Assembly (NCBI GenBank): GCA_035432905.1 | Contig: DAORTY010000001.1 | Span: 20,235 to 84,234, forward strand | DNA: 64,000 bases | From: Ilumatobacteraceae bacterium | GTDB lineage: Bacteria; Actinomycetota; Acidimicrobiia; Acidimicrobiales; Ilumatobacteraceae | Direction of reading: 5' to 3' | In this document: positions 1 through 8,367 of the stretch, in pieces | Numbering within the stretch: position 1 is the first letter of the stretch | How the letters are laid out: each line of letters opens with the position of its first letter | Position numbers and translations under genes: made by a program | Notes under the pieces: model-generated | The model's input: the letters and a program-made list of their open reading frames with translations, nothing else | Told to the model about the DNA's origin: nothing | Databases searched by the model: none

Positions 1-179
1 ACGATCTGGTCTCGGCCCTCCACGAACTGGTCACGGTTCCGCCACACCGAATCGAGCGTGTACGCACCCGCGACCCGCTCAGGATCTCGTGAGTTCCACG
101 CCGCCTCCGCAGCGAGCACCTTGGCGCGCGCAGTCGCTTCGTCGAACGGTGGTAGTGGCGGGCGGATGGCTTCGTTCAT
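1..179 (-). CDS. DUF1348 / SnoaL-like (NTF2-fold) protein, 5' part only; the gene runs off the window start
   Basis: Not in the ORF track because it is edge-truncated. Manual minus-strand translation from ATG at 179 gives [59 protein letters not shown], which resembles the conserved DUF1348 N-terminus. GAGGAG (complement of 185-190) lies just upstream. Confidence 0.6.
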   Translation of the reverse strand, partial: MNEAIRPPLPPFDEATARAKVLAAEAAWNSRDPERVAGAYTLDSVWRNRDQFVEGRDQI

Positions 180-270
180 CGGTGCTCCTCGGGGCTGACG
201 TGTGCGTGGACGCTCCCGGCAACGCACGGGATTCCCATCCCGTTGACCAGCGAGCCAGTGACGACTGCCA

Positions 271-330
271 TTCACTATCGCACGTGTCGCGGCTCCACCT
301 CGGTGTGACCCGGTCAGGGCCGCGACAGGA
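271..330 (+). repeat. Conserved hairpin repeat, copy 1 (REP-like element or structured RNA)
   Basis: TTCACTATCGCACGTGTCGCGGCTCCACCTCGGTGTGACCCGGTCAGGGCCGCGACAGGA. Stem TGTCGCGGC/GCCGCGACA flanks the conserved loop ACCTCGGTGTGAC. It lies between the divergent genes starting at 179(-) and 449(+). Confidence 0.75.
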
Positions 331-448
331 ACGACAGCAACGACGGGGGAACGTCCGGTTTCGCCTTGTGGCGCTCGAACAGCGAAGCTGTCGGCATCGC
401 ACTCGGAACCGCCGAACGACACAGTGCCAGGACACAAGGAACGAGATC

Positions 449-1093
449 ATGAGCCTCTACTCGACCGAACACCGTGCGTTGCAAGACCAGTTCGACAGTC
501 GCACCATCGCTGACGTGCTCGAGGCGATCATCGTGCAGCCGATGATCGACGACGAGGCCAAGGCATTCATCGAGTCACGATCGTTCTTCTTCCTCAGCAC
601 CGTCAACCCCGACGGTCAGCCGACCGTGTCGCACAAGGGTGGTGCTGCCGGGTTCGTGCGCGTCGTCGATGCGACCACGATCGTGTTCCCCAACTACGAC
701 GGCAACGGCATGTTCCTGTCGATGGGCAACATCGTCGGCGACGGACGCATCGGCCTGCTGTTCATGGACTTCGAGCGCCCTCATCGGGTGCGTGCACACG
801 CGACCGCGACCGTGAGCCACGACGACCCGCTGATGGGGGAGTACCCCGGCGCGGACCTATTGGTGCGCGCCACCATCACCGACGTGTTCGTCAATTGCCC
901 TCGCTACATCGGCGCGCAGGGTGCAGCCAAGTTCGCCCCCGACCACGAGGGCAACGCGCCGATGCCCAGCTGGCAGAAGATCGATGCACTGCAGCCGTTC
1001 CTGCCCACGCGGCTCCAGGGCAAGGCCGAGTCCGAGGGTGGTGTGATCACCACCGAGGAGTACGCGCAGCGTCTGCACGACGGCAACACCTGA
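449..1093 (+). CDS. Pyridoxamine 5'-phosphate oxidase (PNPOx/FMN-binding split-barrel) family protein
   Basis: C-terminal 214 aa of ORF 89..1093, starting at ATG 449 (MSLYSTEHRALQDQF...). Family-typical stretches: FFFLSTVNPDGQPTVSHKGG, FPNYDGNGMFLSMGNI, FVNCPRYI. The upstream part of the ORF is Arg-rich and covers repeat copy 1. Confidence 0.8.
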   Translation: MSLYSTEHRALQDQFDSRTIADVLEAIIVQPMIDDEAKAFIESRSFFFLSTVNPDGQPTVSHKGGAAGFVRVVDATTIVFPNYDGNGMFLSMGNIVGDGRIGLLFMDFERPHRVRAHATATVSHDDPLMGEYPGADLLVRATITDVFVNCPRYIGAQGAAKFAPDHEGNAPMPSWQKIDALQPFLPTRLQGKAESEGGVITTEEYAQRLHDGNT

Positions 1094-1156
1094 GTTCACA
1101 ATCGCACGTGTCGCGGCGCTACCTCGGTGTGACTCAGCCGGGGTGCGACACGAAGG
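1094..1156 (+). repeat. Conserved hairpin repeat, copy 2
   Basis: GTTCACAATCGCACGTGTCGCGGCGCTACCTCGGTGTGACTCAGCCGGGGTGCGACACGAAGG. It begins 1 nt after the stop at 1093. Its 3' arm overlaps the last codons and stop (1134-1136) of the convergent hydrolase gene. Confidence 0.75.
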
Positions 1157-2054
1157 AGTCGATGAGGGCGGCGAGCTCGATCGGACGGTCGCCCTGCACG
1201 CTGTGACCGGCACCCTCGACGTGCTCGACGGCAGCGGTCGGGACGCGCGCCAGCAGTTCGGCCTCGTGTTCGTCGCGCAGGATCGACTGCGGCTCCATGC
1301 CGCGCACCAACAGGAGCGGCACCGTGAGCTGCCCGATGATGCGCCACATCGCTTCGGTTCGTTCCGCCGGGTCCGGCCCGTCCGCGATCACGGGTTCGTC
1401 GTCGCGGGTGCGCGAATGACGCCATACCCAGGAACCGTCGGCCTGCTGAAGAGCGTTGTGCAGGATGCCGCGACGCAGCGACGACACCGAGCGCGTGGGG
1501 TTGAACTCGATGGTGCGCTTGAGCAGCTCGTCGAAGTCGGGGAACGAGGACGGGCCGTTGATGAACGCACCGATCACCGCGGTCGCCTTGTCGTCACGCG
1601 ACGGGAGCACGTCGACGAGGATGACTCGCCGCACGAGATCGGGTGCTGCCTTGCTGAGCGCAAGCGTGGTCAGACCGCCCAGCGACATTCCCACCACGGC
1701 TGCCGCGCTGGGTGCCAATGAGCGCACCACGGTTGCGACATCGGTGGCCATCTCCTCCATCGACAGCGAGGCACGAAGGGTGCCATCGGAGTGACCATGC
1801 CCGGGTAGGTCGATCGCGATCAGCGGTCGACCCAGTGCCATCGCCACCGTGTCCCACGTGTGCGCGTTCTGTCCACCCCCGTGAAGGAGCACGAGCTCGG
1901 GATCGGAGTTGCCCCAGACGAGCGCGCTCAGGTGCTGGCCCGGCCGCACCTCGATCGACTCGCGACGAACCACGGGCGGCGCGGTGAACGGCAGGCCGAA
2001 CTCGGCGGCGTTCTCGTGGAAGAGACCGAACTCGTCGTACTCAAGTAATGCCAT
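1134..2054 (-). CDS. Alpha/beta-fold hydrolase
   Basis: ORF 1134..2162(-). Motifs: LLHGGGQNAHTWD (HG oxyanion motif), GMSLGG nucleophile elbow, C-terminal GAGHSVQGD (catalytic His). I chose the start at ATG 2054 (MALLEYDEF...) because it leaves a 99-nt divergent promoter region. Starts at 2114 or 2162 remain possible. Confidence 0.8.
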   Translation of the reverse strand: MALLEYDEFGLFHENAAEFGLPFTAPPVVRRESIEVRPGQHLSALVWGNSDPELVLLHGGGQNAHTWDTVAMALGRPLIAIDLPGHGHSDGTLRASLSMEEMATDVATVVRSLAPSAAAVVGMSLGGLTTLALSKAAPDLVRRVILVDVLPSRDDKATAVIGAFINGPSSFPDFDELLKRTIEFNPTRSVSSLRRGILHNALQQADGSWVWRHSRTRDDEPVIADGPDPAERTEAMWRIIGQLTVPLLLVRGMEPQSILRDEHEAELLARVPTAAVEHVEGAGHSVQGDRPIELAALIDSFVSHPG

Positions 2055-2153
2055 GACGACGACACTAGCGATGGCACCAGCTCGCGGCCCTGCGTCGGTC
2101 TCCTGGGAGCGCATCGATTCGTAGTGCCAAAAGATGTGCTTTACTTCGCCCCC

Positions 2154-2822
2154 ATGACACACAGGTGGGCACTCGTAGCGGTAGTGGTATTCGGTCTGGC
2201 AGCCTGTTCGGAATCGGACTCCTCCAGTCAGGGAACCGATTCGGTGGTGACAACCGAATCCGTAGCCGACTCCACCCCACCGGAGACCGCAGCACCGACA
2301 ACGGTGGCACCGACAACAACGTCGACGCCGACCACCACGGCACCGACCACGACTGTCGCCGCTGCGCCGACGACTGCACCTACGTGTGTGGCGGACGGTG
2401 ACGCGGACCCGAAGCTCTCGGCTGACACCCTGACGATCTCGCCGCTCTTCGGCACCGATATCGCGGCAGCGGCCGCCTCATGCACCGAGACGATCACCAT
2501 CCGTTTCGGTGGCAAACTCGAAGATCCGACTGGCTTTCCCGGGTGGGACGTGCAGTACGTGGACGACCCGGCGCCCACCGTTGGTGCAGCGGTTCTGCGC
2601 ATCACAGTTGGAGCGATGATGCCGAACACGGCCGGCGAGGGATACACCGGCCCGACTGAGATCTTGCCGACCGGCACGGCTCACATCTTGAAGATGACCC
2701 AAACGGCGAATGCCGATGGATCGTCGACGTGGGCCGTCGAACTCGACGCCGTCTATCCGTTCGACGTGGTTGCCCCGGACGGGCCGGCGCGCATCGTCAT
2801 CGCACTGCAGACTGGCGCGTAG
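2154..2822 (+). CDS. Secreted lipoprotein, unknown function
   Basis: MTHRWALVAVVVFGLAAC has a signal peptide and lipobox (LAAC). This is followed by a Thr/Pro-rich linker (TPPETAAPTTVAPTTTSTPTTTAPTTT) and a ~130-aa globular domain. Confidence 0.65.
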   Translation: MTHRWALVAVVVFGLAACSESDSSSQGTDSVVTTESVADSTPPETAAPTTVAPTTTSTPTTTAPTTTVAAAPTTAPTCVADGDADPKLSADTLTISPLFGTDIAAAAASCTETITIRFGGKLEDPTGFPGWDVQYVDDPAPTVGAAVLRITVGAMMPNTAGEGYTGPTEILPTGTAHILKMTQTANADGSSTWAVELDAVYPFDVVAPDGPARIVIALQTGA

Positions 2823-2839
2823 CACAGCCCTACGACGGC

Positions 2840-3346
2840 TCAGGTGGCGACAGGACCACTCGAGCCGAGGGCTTCGTCGTTGCTCGTGATCGCGGCGCGG
2901 GCGAGGGCCACGACGCGTCCGACGATGCCGTCGGGACCGTCCCAGTACTGACCTTCCGACACATCGAAGTGCAGCACTGCCAGATTCGGGTCGTCCGGGC
3001 CGTCGAACCACACCCCGGCCGGCTTGGACCAGAGGCGGGCAGCCTCTGCCGTGTCCTGCGAAATGATGGCAGTGCCGTTCAAGGACAGGTACAACGAGTG
3101 CGCATCGTTCGCCACCGTCAGGTGGACGAGCGCCCCGCTCGCCGCGATCGACGTCACCCAATCAGCGTTGCGCGCCACGAGGAAGGACAGTCGAGATCCG
3201 ATGGTGTCGGCGACCGTGACGGGTCGCGACGAGTGGTCGCGACCGACCATGGTGTTGACCATCGCGATGCACATACCCGAGGGCATCAGGTCCTCCAGTG
3301 CCTTCGGCGTGGCGTCTGCGTCGTGGTGCGCTGGAGCGGTCGTCAT
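2840..3346 (-). CDS. General stress protein 26 / PNPOx-like FMN-binding family protein
   Basis: ORF 2840..3409(-) taken from ATG 3346 (MTTAPAHHD...). Typical C-terminal block: WSKPAGVWFDGPDDPNLAVLHFDVSEGQYWDGP. Confidence 0.7.
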   Translation of the reverse strand: MTTAPAHHDADATPKALEDLMPSGMCIAMVNTMVGRDHSSRPVTVADTIGSRLSFLVARNADWVTSIAASGALVHLTVANDAHSLYLSLNGTAIISQDTAEAARLWSKPAGVWFDGPDDPNLAVLHFDVSEGQYWDGPDGIVGRVVALARAAITSNDEALGSSGPVAT

Positions 3347-3421
3347 GTCACTGCCTCCGTGAGTCGTTGTTTCAGTGGTGACTCGGTACCCAACGCGACA
3401 GCGCCGCAAACCATTCGGGTG

Positions 3422-3736
3422 TCAGGTGTGCGGCAGGTTGTACGTGGCTCGACTGTCGGCGGGGACGAGGTCGAGATATTCGTCGGGCTTGCCGGCGATC
3501 ACTTTGCTGACGAACCAACAGGCCGGCGCGACGTCGAGGTGGCGTTCGCGAGCGTCGGCAAGTGCGAATTCGACCAACTGACGCGCAAGTCCTTTGCCCT
3601 CGTTGCCCGGCAGCGTCTCGGTGTGCGGGAACGTGATCAGATCCCCGTCGATCGTGTACTCGACGAAGCCGGCCAGGTGGTCGTCATCGGTGATCTCATA
3701 GCGGTGCTGGGCGGGATTGTCGCGAACGGTGGCCAT
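3422..3736 (-). CDS. Small GNAT-like N-acetyltransferase (YjdJ type)
   Basis: ORF 3422..3838(-) taken from ATG 3736: MATVRDNPAQHRYEITDDDHLAGFVEYTIDGDLITFPHTETLPGNEGKGLARQLV. The ~100-aa single-domain architecture fits this family. Confidence 0.7.
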   Translation of the reverse strand: MATVRDNPAQHRYEITDDDHLAGFVEYTIDGDLITFPHTETLPGNEGKGLARQLVEFALADARERHLDVAPACWFVSKVIAGKPDEYLDLVPADSRATYNLPHT

Positions 3737-3822
3737 GACCTCGACACTACCGAGAATGTCCACCTGGCCGATCTGTGGGAGATGCGTCACAATGGCCATC
3801 CGCACGCAGAGGAGCATCGCAA

Positions 3823-4485
3823 ATGACGCAGCATCCAACCACCGGATTCGATCTTGCCGAAACTGATCGACTGTTGACCACCACCAAGCAGGTGCGTCAA
3901 CGGCTCGACCTGACTCGCCCGGTTCCGCACGACGAATTGCTCGAGTGCATCGAACTGGCCGGCCACGCCCCCATGGGCGGCAATCTCGAACGCAACAAGT
4001 GGATGATCATCGACGATCCCGCGTTGAAGGCCGCGATCTCGGTGCCCTTCGCTGCGGTAGGTCGCCCGTATCTCGCGGGCAACGCAGAAGTGCGCGGCGA
4101 CGACCGCAGCCAGCGCGTCATGGCATCTGCGAACTTTCTCGTCGACCACCTGGCAGAGGTGCCGGCGCTCGTGCTGTCGATGCGACTCGACCGGCCGCCG
4201 ATGAACCAGTCGCAGGGACAGGTGGCCGCGTACTACGGCTCGGTCCTCCCGGGCGTGTGGAGCTTCCAACTCGCAGCGCGCGCCCGCGGCATCGGCTCGG
4301 CGTGGACGACCTTCCACCTCGAGCACGAGGCCGAGGTTGCCGAACTGCTCGGCATTCCACCCACCGTCACGCAGGTCTGCCTGCTGGCTGTCGGCTATTT
4401 CACCGGCGACACGTTTGCGCCCGCACCCCGGCGCCCCGCCGAAGAAGTCACCTTCCTCAACTCCTGGAAGAACCCCGTTCGCTGA
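3823..4485 (+). CDS. Nitroreductase family protein
   Basis: ORF 3775..4485 taken from ATG 3823 (MTQHPTTGFDL...). It has TTKQVRQRLDLTRPVPHDELLECIELAGHAPMGGN and the C-terminal GIPPTVTQVCLLAVGY pattern typical of the fold. Confidence 0.75.
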   Translation: MTQHPTTGFDLAETDRLLTTTKQVRQRLDLTRPVPHDELLECIELAGHAPMGGNLERNKWMIIDDPALKAAISVPFAAVGRPYLAGNAEVRGDDRSQRVMASANFLVDHLAEVPALVLSMRLDRPPMNQSQGQVAAYYGSVLPGVWSFQLAARARGIGSAWTTFHLEHEAEVAELLGIPPTVTQVCLLAVGYFTGDTFAPAPRRPAEEVTFLNSWKNPVR

Positions 4486-4550
4486 CTGCGAGCGGGCTCG
4501 TGTCGCGGGCCTACCTCGGTGTGACCTGGTCAGGGCCGCGACACGAAGGG
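4477..4550 (+). repeat. Conserved hairpin repeat, copy 3
   Basis: GTTCGCTGACTGCGAGCGGGCTCGTGTCGCGGGCCTACCTCGGTGTGACCTGGTCAGGGCCGCGACACGAAGGG. It has a 10-bp outer stem CGTGTCGCGG/CCGCGACACG plus inner CCTACC/GGTcAGG pairing. It overlaps the nitroreductase stop codon (4483-4485). Confidence 0.75.
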
Positions 4551-4576
4551 CTTCGATCCACTGCGATGCTGTCAGG

Positions 4577-4990
4577 ATGTCGAACCCTGCCCACTCCGTG
4601 GCCGAATCGCAGATCATCAGGCTCATCGGTGTCTACGACGCCGATGGCTCGTTGCGCGGTGAATTGGCCTACTGGGTCAGCGCTCGATTGGGCCGCGCCC
4701 ACTGTTCGCTGTGCGACATCACGCACGGGTTGGTTCGGGAACGGTCGGGGTGGAAGGAATGTCGCGCTGGTCTTCCAGTCCCGTTCGACACCTACCATCG
4801 CGATGACCAGCCCGACACGATTCGTACCGCGCTCGTAGGCATCGCCCCCGCGGTCGTCGCTGAGACGGCCAGCGGGGTCGTCCTGCTCCTCGGGCCCGAC
4901 GGCCTCGAAGCGTGCGCGGGCTCGGCCGAGCGACTGGTTTCGGCCATCGAGACCGCTGCTGCTGCAGCCGGGCTCGAGTGGTCAGCGTGA
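4577..4990 (+). CDS. Hypothetical protein (137 aa, CxxC-containing)
   Basis: ORF 4337..4990 taken from ATG 4577 (MSNPAHSVAESQIIRLIGVYDADGSL...HCSLCDITHG...). Codon usage is coding-like. I recognise no family. Confidence 0.5.
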   Translation: MSNPAHSVAESQIIRLIGVYDADGSLRGELAYWVSARLGRAHCSLCDITHGLVRERSGWKECRAGLPVPFDTYHRDDQPDTIRTALVGIAPAVVAETASGVVLLLGPDGLEACAGSAERLVSAIETAAAAAGLEWSA

Positions 4991-5003
4991 GCGAATGGCC
5001 TGA

Positions 5004-6782
5004 CTAGCTTCGCCGCAACTCGCGCAGATTGGCCACCAGGAATGCCCCGGCAGCGGCCACCAAGATCCAGACCATGAGCGTGCGCCAACTGGCCAAGAAC
5101 CCAAGGACGAGTAGCCAGCCTCCAGCGACGATCACGACACCGACCAATACGCGGATGACGTACGACTGGAAGCGTCCACGTGTGAGGGCCTCGATGCCCA
5201 GGACGACCACAAGGCCAGCAACCGCGCTGCCCGCCAGCGATGGGCCTTCGGATCGAACGAGGATGGCGAGGAAACCGAGCAGCAGCGGCGTGCTGATCGT
5301 CGCCCAGATTCGCAGTAGGTAGCGCCGATCGCGAGCTTCGGCAGGAACCGGTACGACGCGATGTCGTAGGTGGGCATGCGGGTGACGTGGTGGTGGCGTG
5401 ACGTCGAGTGCCGCGTGGAGGCGACGGCGTTCGTCAGCGCCGACTGTCGCTCGCGCCCCGAGCGCGAGTAGATCAGCCTGCAGTTCGAAAAACGAACTCT
5501 CATCGGTGATCGATCCCGCGCGAAGACGCCGCCGCTTGTCGTCGCGTTCGGCTTCGATCTGCGCCAACTCGTTTTCGATGTCGTGGAGTCGAGTCGTGAC
5601 GGCTTCCCGCAGGTGCTCGGGGTCGGGGCTGACCGCGTCCAGCGCCGCCCAGCCCACCGGGTCGGACCACGACGTTCGCACGGAACCGTCGCGCTCGTAG
5701 CGCGGGCCGGCGGGGCCGCGCTCACCACCGAATACGTCGTTGGTGTCGTCGCCCCACAGCCCGGTGTAGTCGCGGACCCACGGCGTCTCATCGTCGATCA
5801 CGACCTGCCGGCAGGGCGTCTGAGTGCCGGGCCCGATTGCCACACCGTCGCCGCGGGCGTACTCCACGTATGGCACCCCGACGCTGGAGCGGTCGTCGGG
5901 GCCGCTGGTCCAGGGTTGCAGGAAGCGCGAGACGGCACCGATGATTCTGCGTACGCGATGTAGCCGTTCGGAGCGCACGCTGATCAGGTACTCGCCGGCC
6001 AGCGCGGCTCCGGCATGTGAACCGAGACCCGCGTGCACAACGGGGTGCTCGCCGACGAAGGTGATGTCCGGGTCGTCCCAGCGTCGCCGAAGGTCGGCGC
6101 CGACCTCGTCGTGTGCCGAGAACGCGACCCACTTGGGTGTCGGTTCGCTGTCGCCGGTCAAATAGATCGTGACCTGCTCCCAGTCGCCCTCGTGATCGTT
6201 GACGCCGTAGGCGCGCGACCGCCAGTCGTTGAAGAAGAAGAAGTACCAGTACTGCAACACGGTGTACCCGGCGCTGTACGTCACCCGGCCGTAGTAGGGG
6301 TGGTCGCCATGGTCGCTGCGGTCACGATCGAGCACCGCAGCGGCAGCCTCTGCACCTCGCGGCGTGCGACCGCGAGCCAACAGCGAGGCTCGAGCTGCCG
6401 CATCGACCAGACGTGTCACGACGCCCACCCGACCGAGCCGAGTTTCGGCGCGAAACCGTGGGCGATCTTGGCGATGCTTCCAGCGCAGCGACTGCCGCCA
6501 TGTCGCAGGTGCCGTCACGAGGCGTAGGTAGTGACGCGCAACCGCTCCGTGGGTCAGCTCGACCAATCGATCGAGGTCGAGTTCGCCTGCTACCGCGACC
6601 TGCGTGGCGCGCCCAGGACCCGTTCGCTCCCACAGCTCAGAGGCACTGGCAAACGCCTCGACCGACGCGGGGAGGAAGTACTCGCCCTGGTTGAACCGGA
6701 CGACCGGCTCGAACCGTGCGAGCAGACGACACGCCGACAGTCCACCAACTCCTGCTGATGCAGTTTCGTCAGCTGCCACCAA
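5004..6782 (-). CDS. Large membrane-anchored protein with an N-terminal Vps62/DUF946-like domain
   Basis: 592 aa with a TTG start. YWYFFFFNDW...NDHEGDWEQVTIYL resembles the H-x-GDWE signature of Vps62 (PF06101) as I recall it. A coiled-coil stretch (IENELAQIEAERDDKRRRL) follows, then 3-4 predicted C-terminal TM helices. Confidence 0.55.
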   Translation of the reverse strand: MVAADETASAGVGGLSACRLLARFEPVVRFNQGEYFLPASVEAFASASELWERTGPGRATQVAVAGELDLDRLVELTHGAVARHYLRLVTAPATWRQSLRWKHRQDRPRFRAETRLGRVGVVTRLVDAAARASLLARGRTPRGAEAAAAVLDRDRSDHGDHPYYGRVTYSAGYTVLQYWYFFFFNDWRSRAYGVNDHEGDWEQVTIYLTGDSEPTPKWVAFSAHDEVGADLRRRWDDPDITFVGEHPVVHAGLGSHAGAALAGEYLISVRSERLHRVRRIIGAVSRFLQPWTSGPDDRSSVGVPYVEYARGDGVAIGPGTQTPCRQVVIDDETPWVRDYTGLWGDDTNDVFGGERGPAGPRYERDGSVRTSWSDPVGWAALDAVSPDPEHLREAVTTRLHDIENELAQIEAERDDKRRRLRAGSITDESSFFELQADLLALGARATVGADERRRLHAALDVTPPPRHPHAHLRHRVVPVPAEARDRRYLLRIWATISTPLLLGFLAILVRSEGPSLAGSAVAGLVVVLGIEALTRGRFQSYVIRVLVGVVIVAGGWLLVLGFLASWRTLMVWILVAAAGAFLVANLRELRRS

Positions 6783-6852
6783 CTGAACCTAACAACTCCG
6801 CGCGGACATCGGTCTACGCTCGCGGCATGCCCGCTGCAAAGATCAGCCGTCC

Positions 6853-7650
6853 ATGAACGACCTGGCCGACACGTACCGGCGAGACGGGGTCATCAGCGTT
6901 CGGGTGGTGAGCGAAGCCGATGCCGTCCGTCATCGCGCTGCGCTGGAGCGTGGTGAAGAACAGCTCGGCGCGTTGCACTACATCGACAAGGTCCACACCG
7001 TCATGACGTCACCGTTCGAATTGGCGACGCACCCGGCCGTGCTCGATGTGGTCGAGTCACTCATCGGCCCTGACATCCTTCTCTACAACAGCACCTACAT
7101 CATCAAGGAACCGGGCTCTGACGCGTTCGTCGCGTGGCACCAGGACCTCACCTACTGGGGACTCGAGGACCCCGAAGCGCAAGTGTCGATGTGGCTGGCG
7201 CTCTCCCCGGTAACGGTCGAGTCGGGCTGCATGTCGATGATCCTCGGTAGCCACACCTCGGGAGCGGTGGTCCACGTCAAGGATGCCACCGACGCCAACG
7301 TGCTGTTGATGGGCCAACGCATCGAGTCGGTCGACCCATCCGACGCGATCCCGTATCCACTCGCTCCCGGCGAGGCGTCATTCCACCACGGCTGGACCGT
7401 GCACGCATCGGCGCCCAACACGTCCACCGACCGTCGGATCGGGCTCAACGTGCAGTACCTCGCGCCGCGCAGTCGCCACGTCGATGGCGACTCCAGGACG
7501 GCTGTGCTCGTGCGCGGCACCGACGCCTACGGCCACTTCGGCGTGGATGTTCCACCCGAGTCCGACTTCGAGCCACAAGCGGTCAGCAGGTGGCGGGCGC
7601 TCGACGCCGCCATGAAGGCCGGCTTTCGAGGCGATCACACCTCGACGTGA
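6853..7650 (+). CDS. Phytanoyl-CoA dioxygenase (PhyH) family Fe(II)/2OG oxygenase
   Basis: 265 aa. It has WHQDLTYWG (HxD) and FHHGWTVHASAPN (distal His) motifs. Confidence 0.8.
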   Translation: MNDLADTYRRDGVISVRVVSEADAVRHRAALERGEEQLGALHYIDKVHTVMTSPFELATHPAVLDVVESLIGPDILLYNSTYIIKEPGSDAFVAWHQDLTYWGLEDPEAQVSMWLALSPVTVESGCMSMILGSHTSGAVVHVKDATDANVLLMGQRIESVDPSDAIPYPLAPGEASFHHGWTVHASAPNTSTDRRIGLNVQYLAPRSRHVDGDSRTAVLVRGTDAYGHFGVDVPPESDFEPQAVSRWRALDAAMKAGFRGDHTST

Positions 7651-8273
7651 CCGCCGGCGTGTGACAGGACCGCGACGAGAAAGTTGGAGTCGACGGTCAG
7701 TGGTCGCAGATCCCACGACGCGAGCGACAGGTCCGAGACCAGCCCGACCGATTCGACATCGTCGAAGAACTCGCTGAAGGTGTAGCCGCGGTCGGCGCCG
7801 AACCCGGTGACGATGCGACCGTTGGGGTGCAGGTGCTTGGCCATGTTGGCGAGCACGGGCCGACGCGTATCCGGGTCGAGAAAGGTGAGCACGTTGCCCG
7901 CACAGATCACGACGTCGAACGGCTCGGTAATGCCCTTGTCGGCGAGATCGAACTCGGCAAGGTCGCCGACGACCCAGGTGGGACCCGGCTGATCCTGTTC
8001 GGCGGCGTCGATGAGAATCGGGTCGATGTCGACGCCGACGACGACGTGCCCGAGGTGGCCCAGGTGCCCGCCGACGCGGCCGGGGCCACAGCCGGCGTCG
8101 AGGATCCTCGAATTGCGGGGCACCATCGCGTCGACGAAGCGTGCCTCACCGTCGAGATCGTCGCCATTGGCAGCCATTGCACGAAATCGTTCGATGTACC
8201 ACGCAGAATGCCCGGGGTTGTTCTCTGTCAACTCGATCCATCGGTTGCGTGCCATCTCTCGAACGCTACCCAC
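7635..8273 (-). CDS. Class I SAM-dependent methyltransferase
   Basis: 212 aa. Motif I is ILDAGCGPGRVGGHL, and the acidic motif II (VVGVDID) is present. Its 3' end overlaps the convergent PhyH gene by 16 nt. Confidence 0.8.
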   Translation of the reverse strand: MGSVREMARNRWIELTENNPGHSAWYIERFRAMAANGDDLDGEARFVDAMVPRNSRILDAGCGPGRVGGHLGHLGHVVVGVDIDPILIDAAEQDQPGPTWVVGDLAEFDLADKGITEPFDVVICAGNVLTFLDPDTRRPVLANMAKHLHPNGRIVTGFGADRGYTFSEFFDDVESVGLVSDLSLASWDLRPLTVDSNFLVAVLSHAGGHVEV

Positions 8274-8367
8274 GGGCAGCTGGCGGGTGGGTCGGCGAGA
8301 CGAGGCCCAGCCGCGATTGGGACCTTCGGCCCTAGTCCCTCCGCGGTGTATCGCCGATCCTCGTGGG

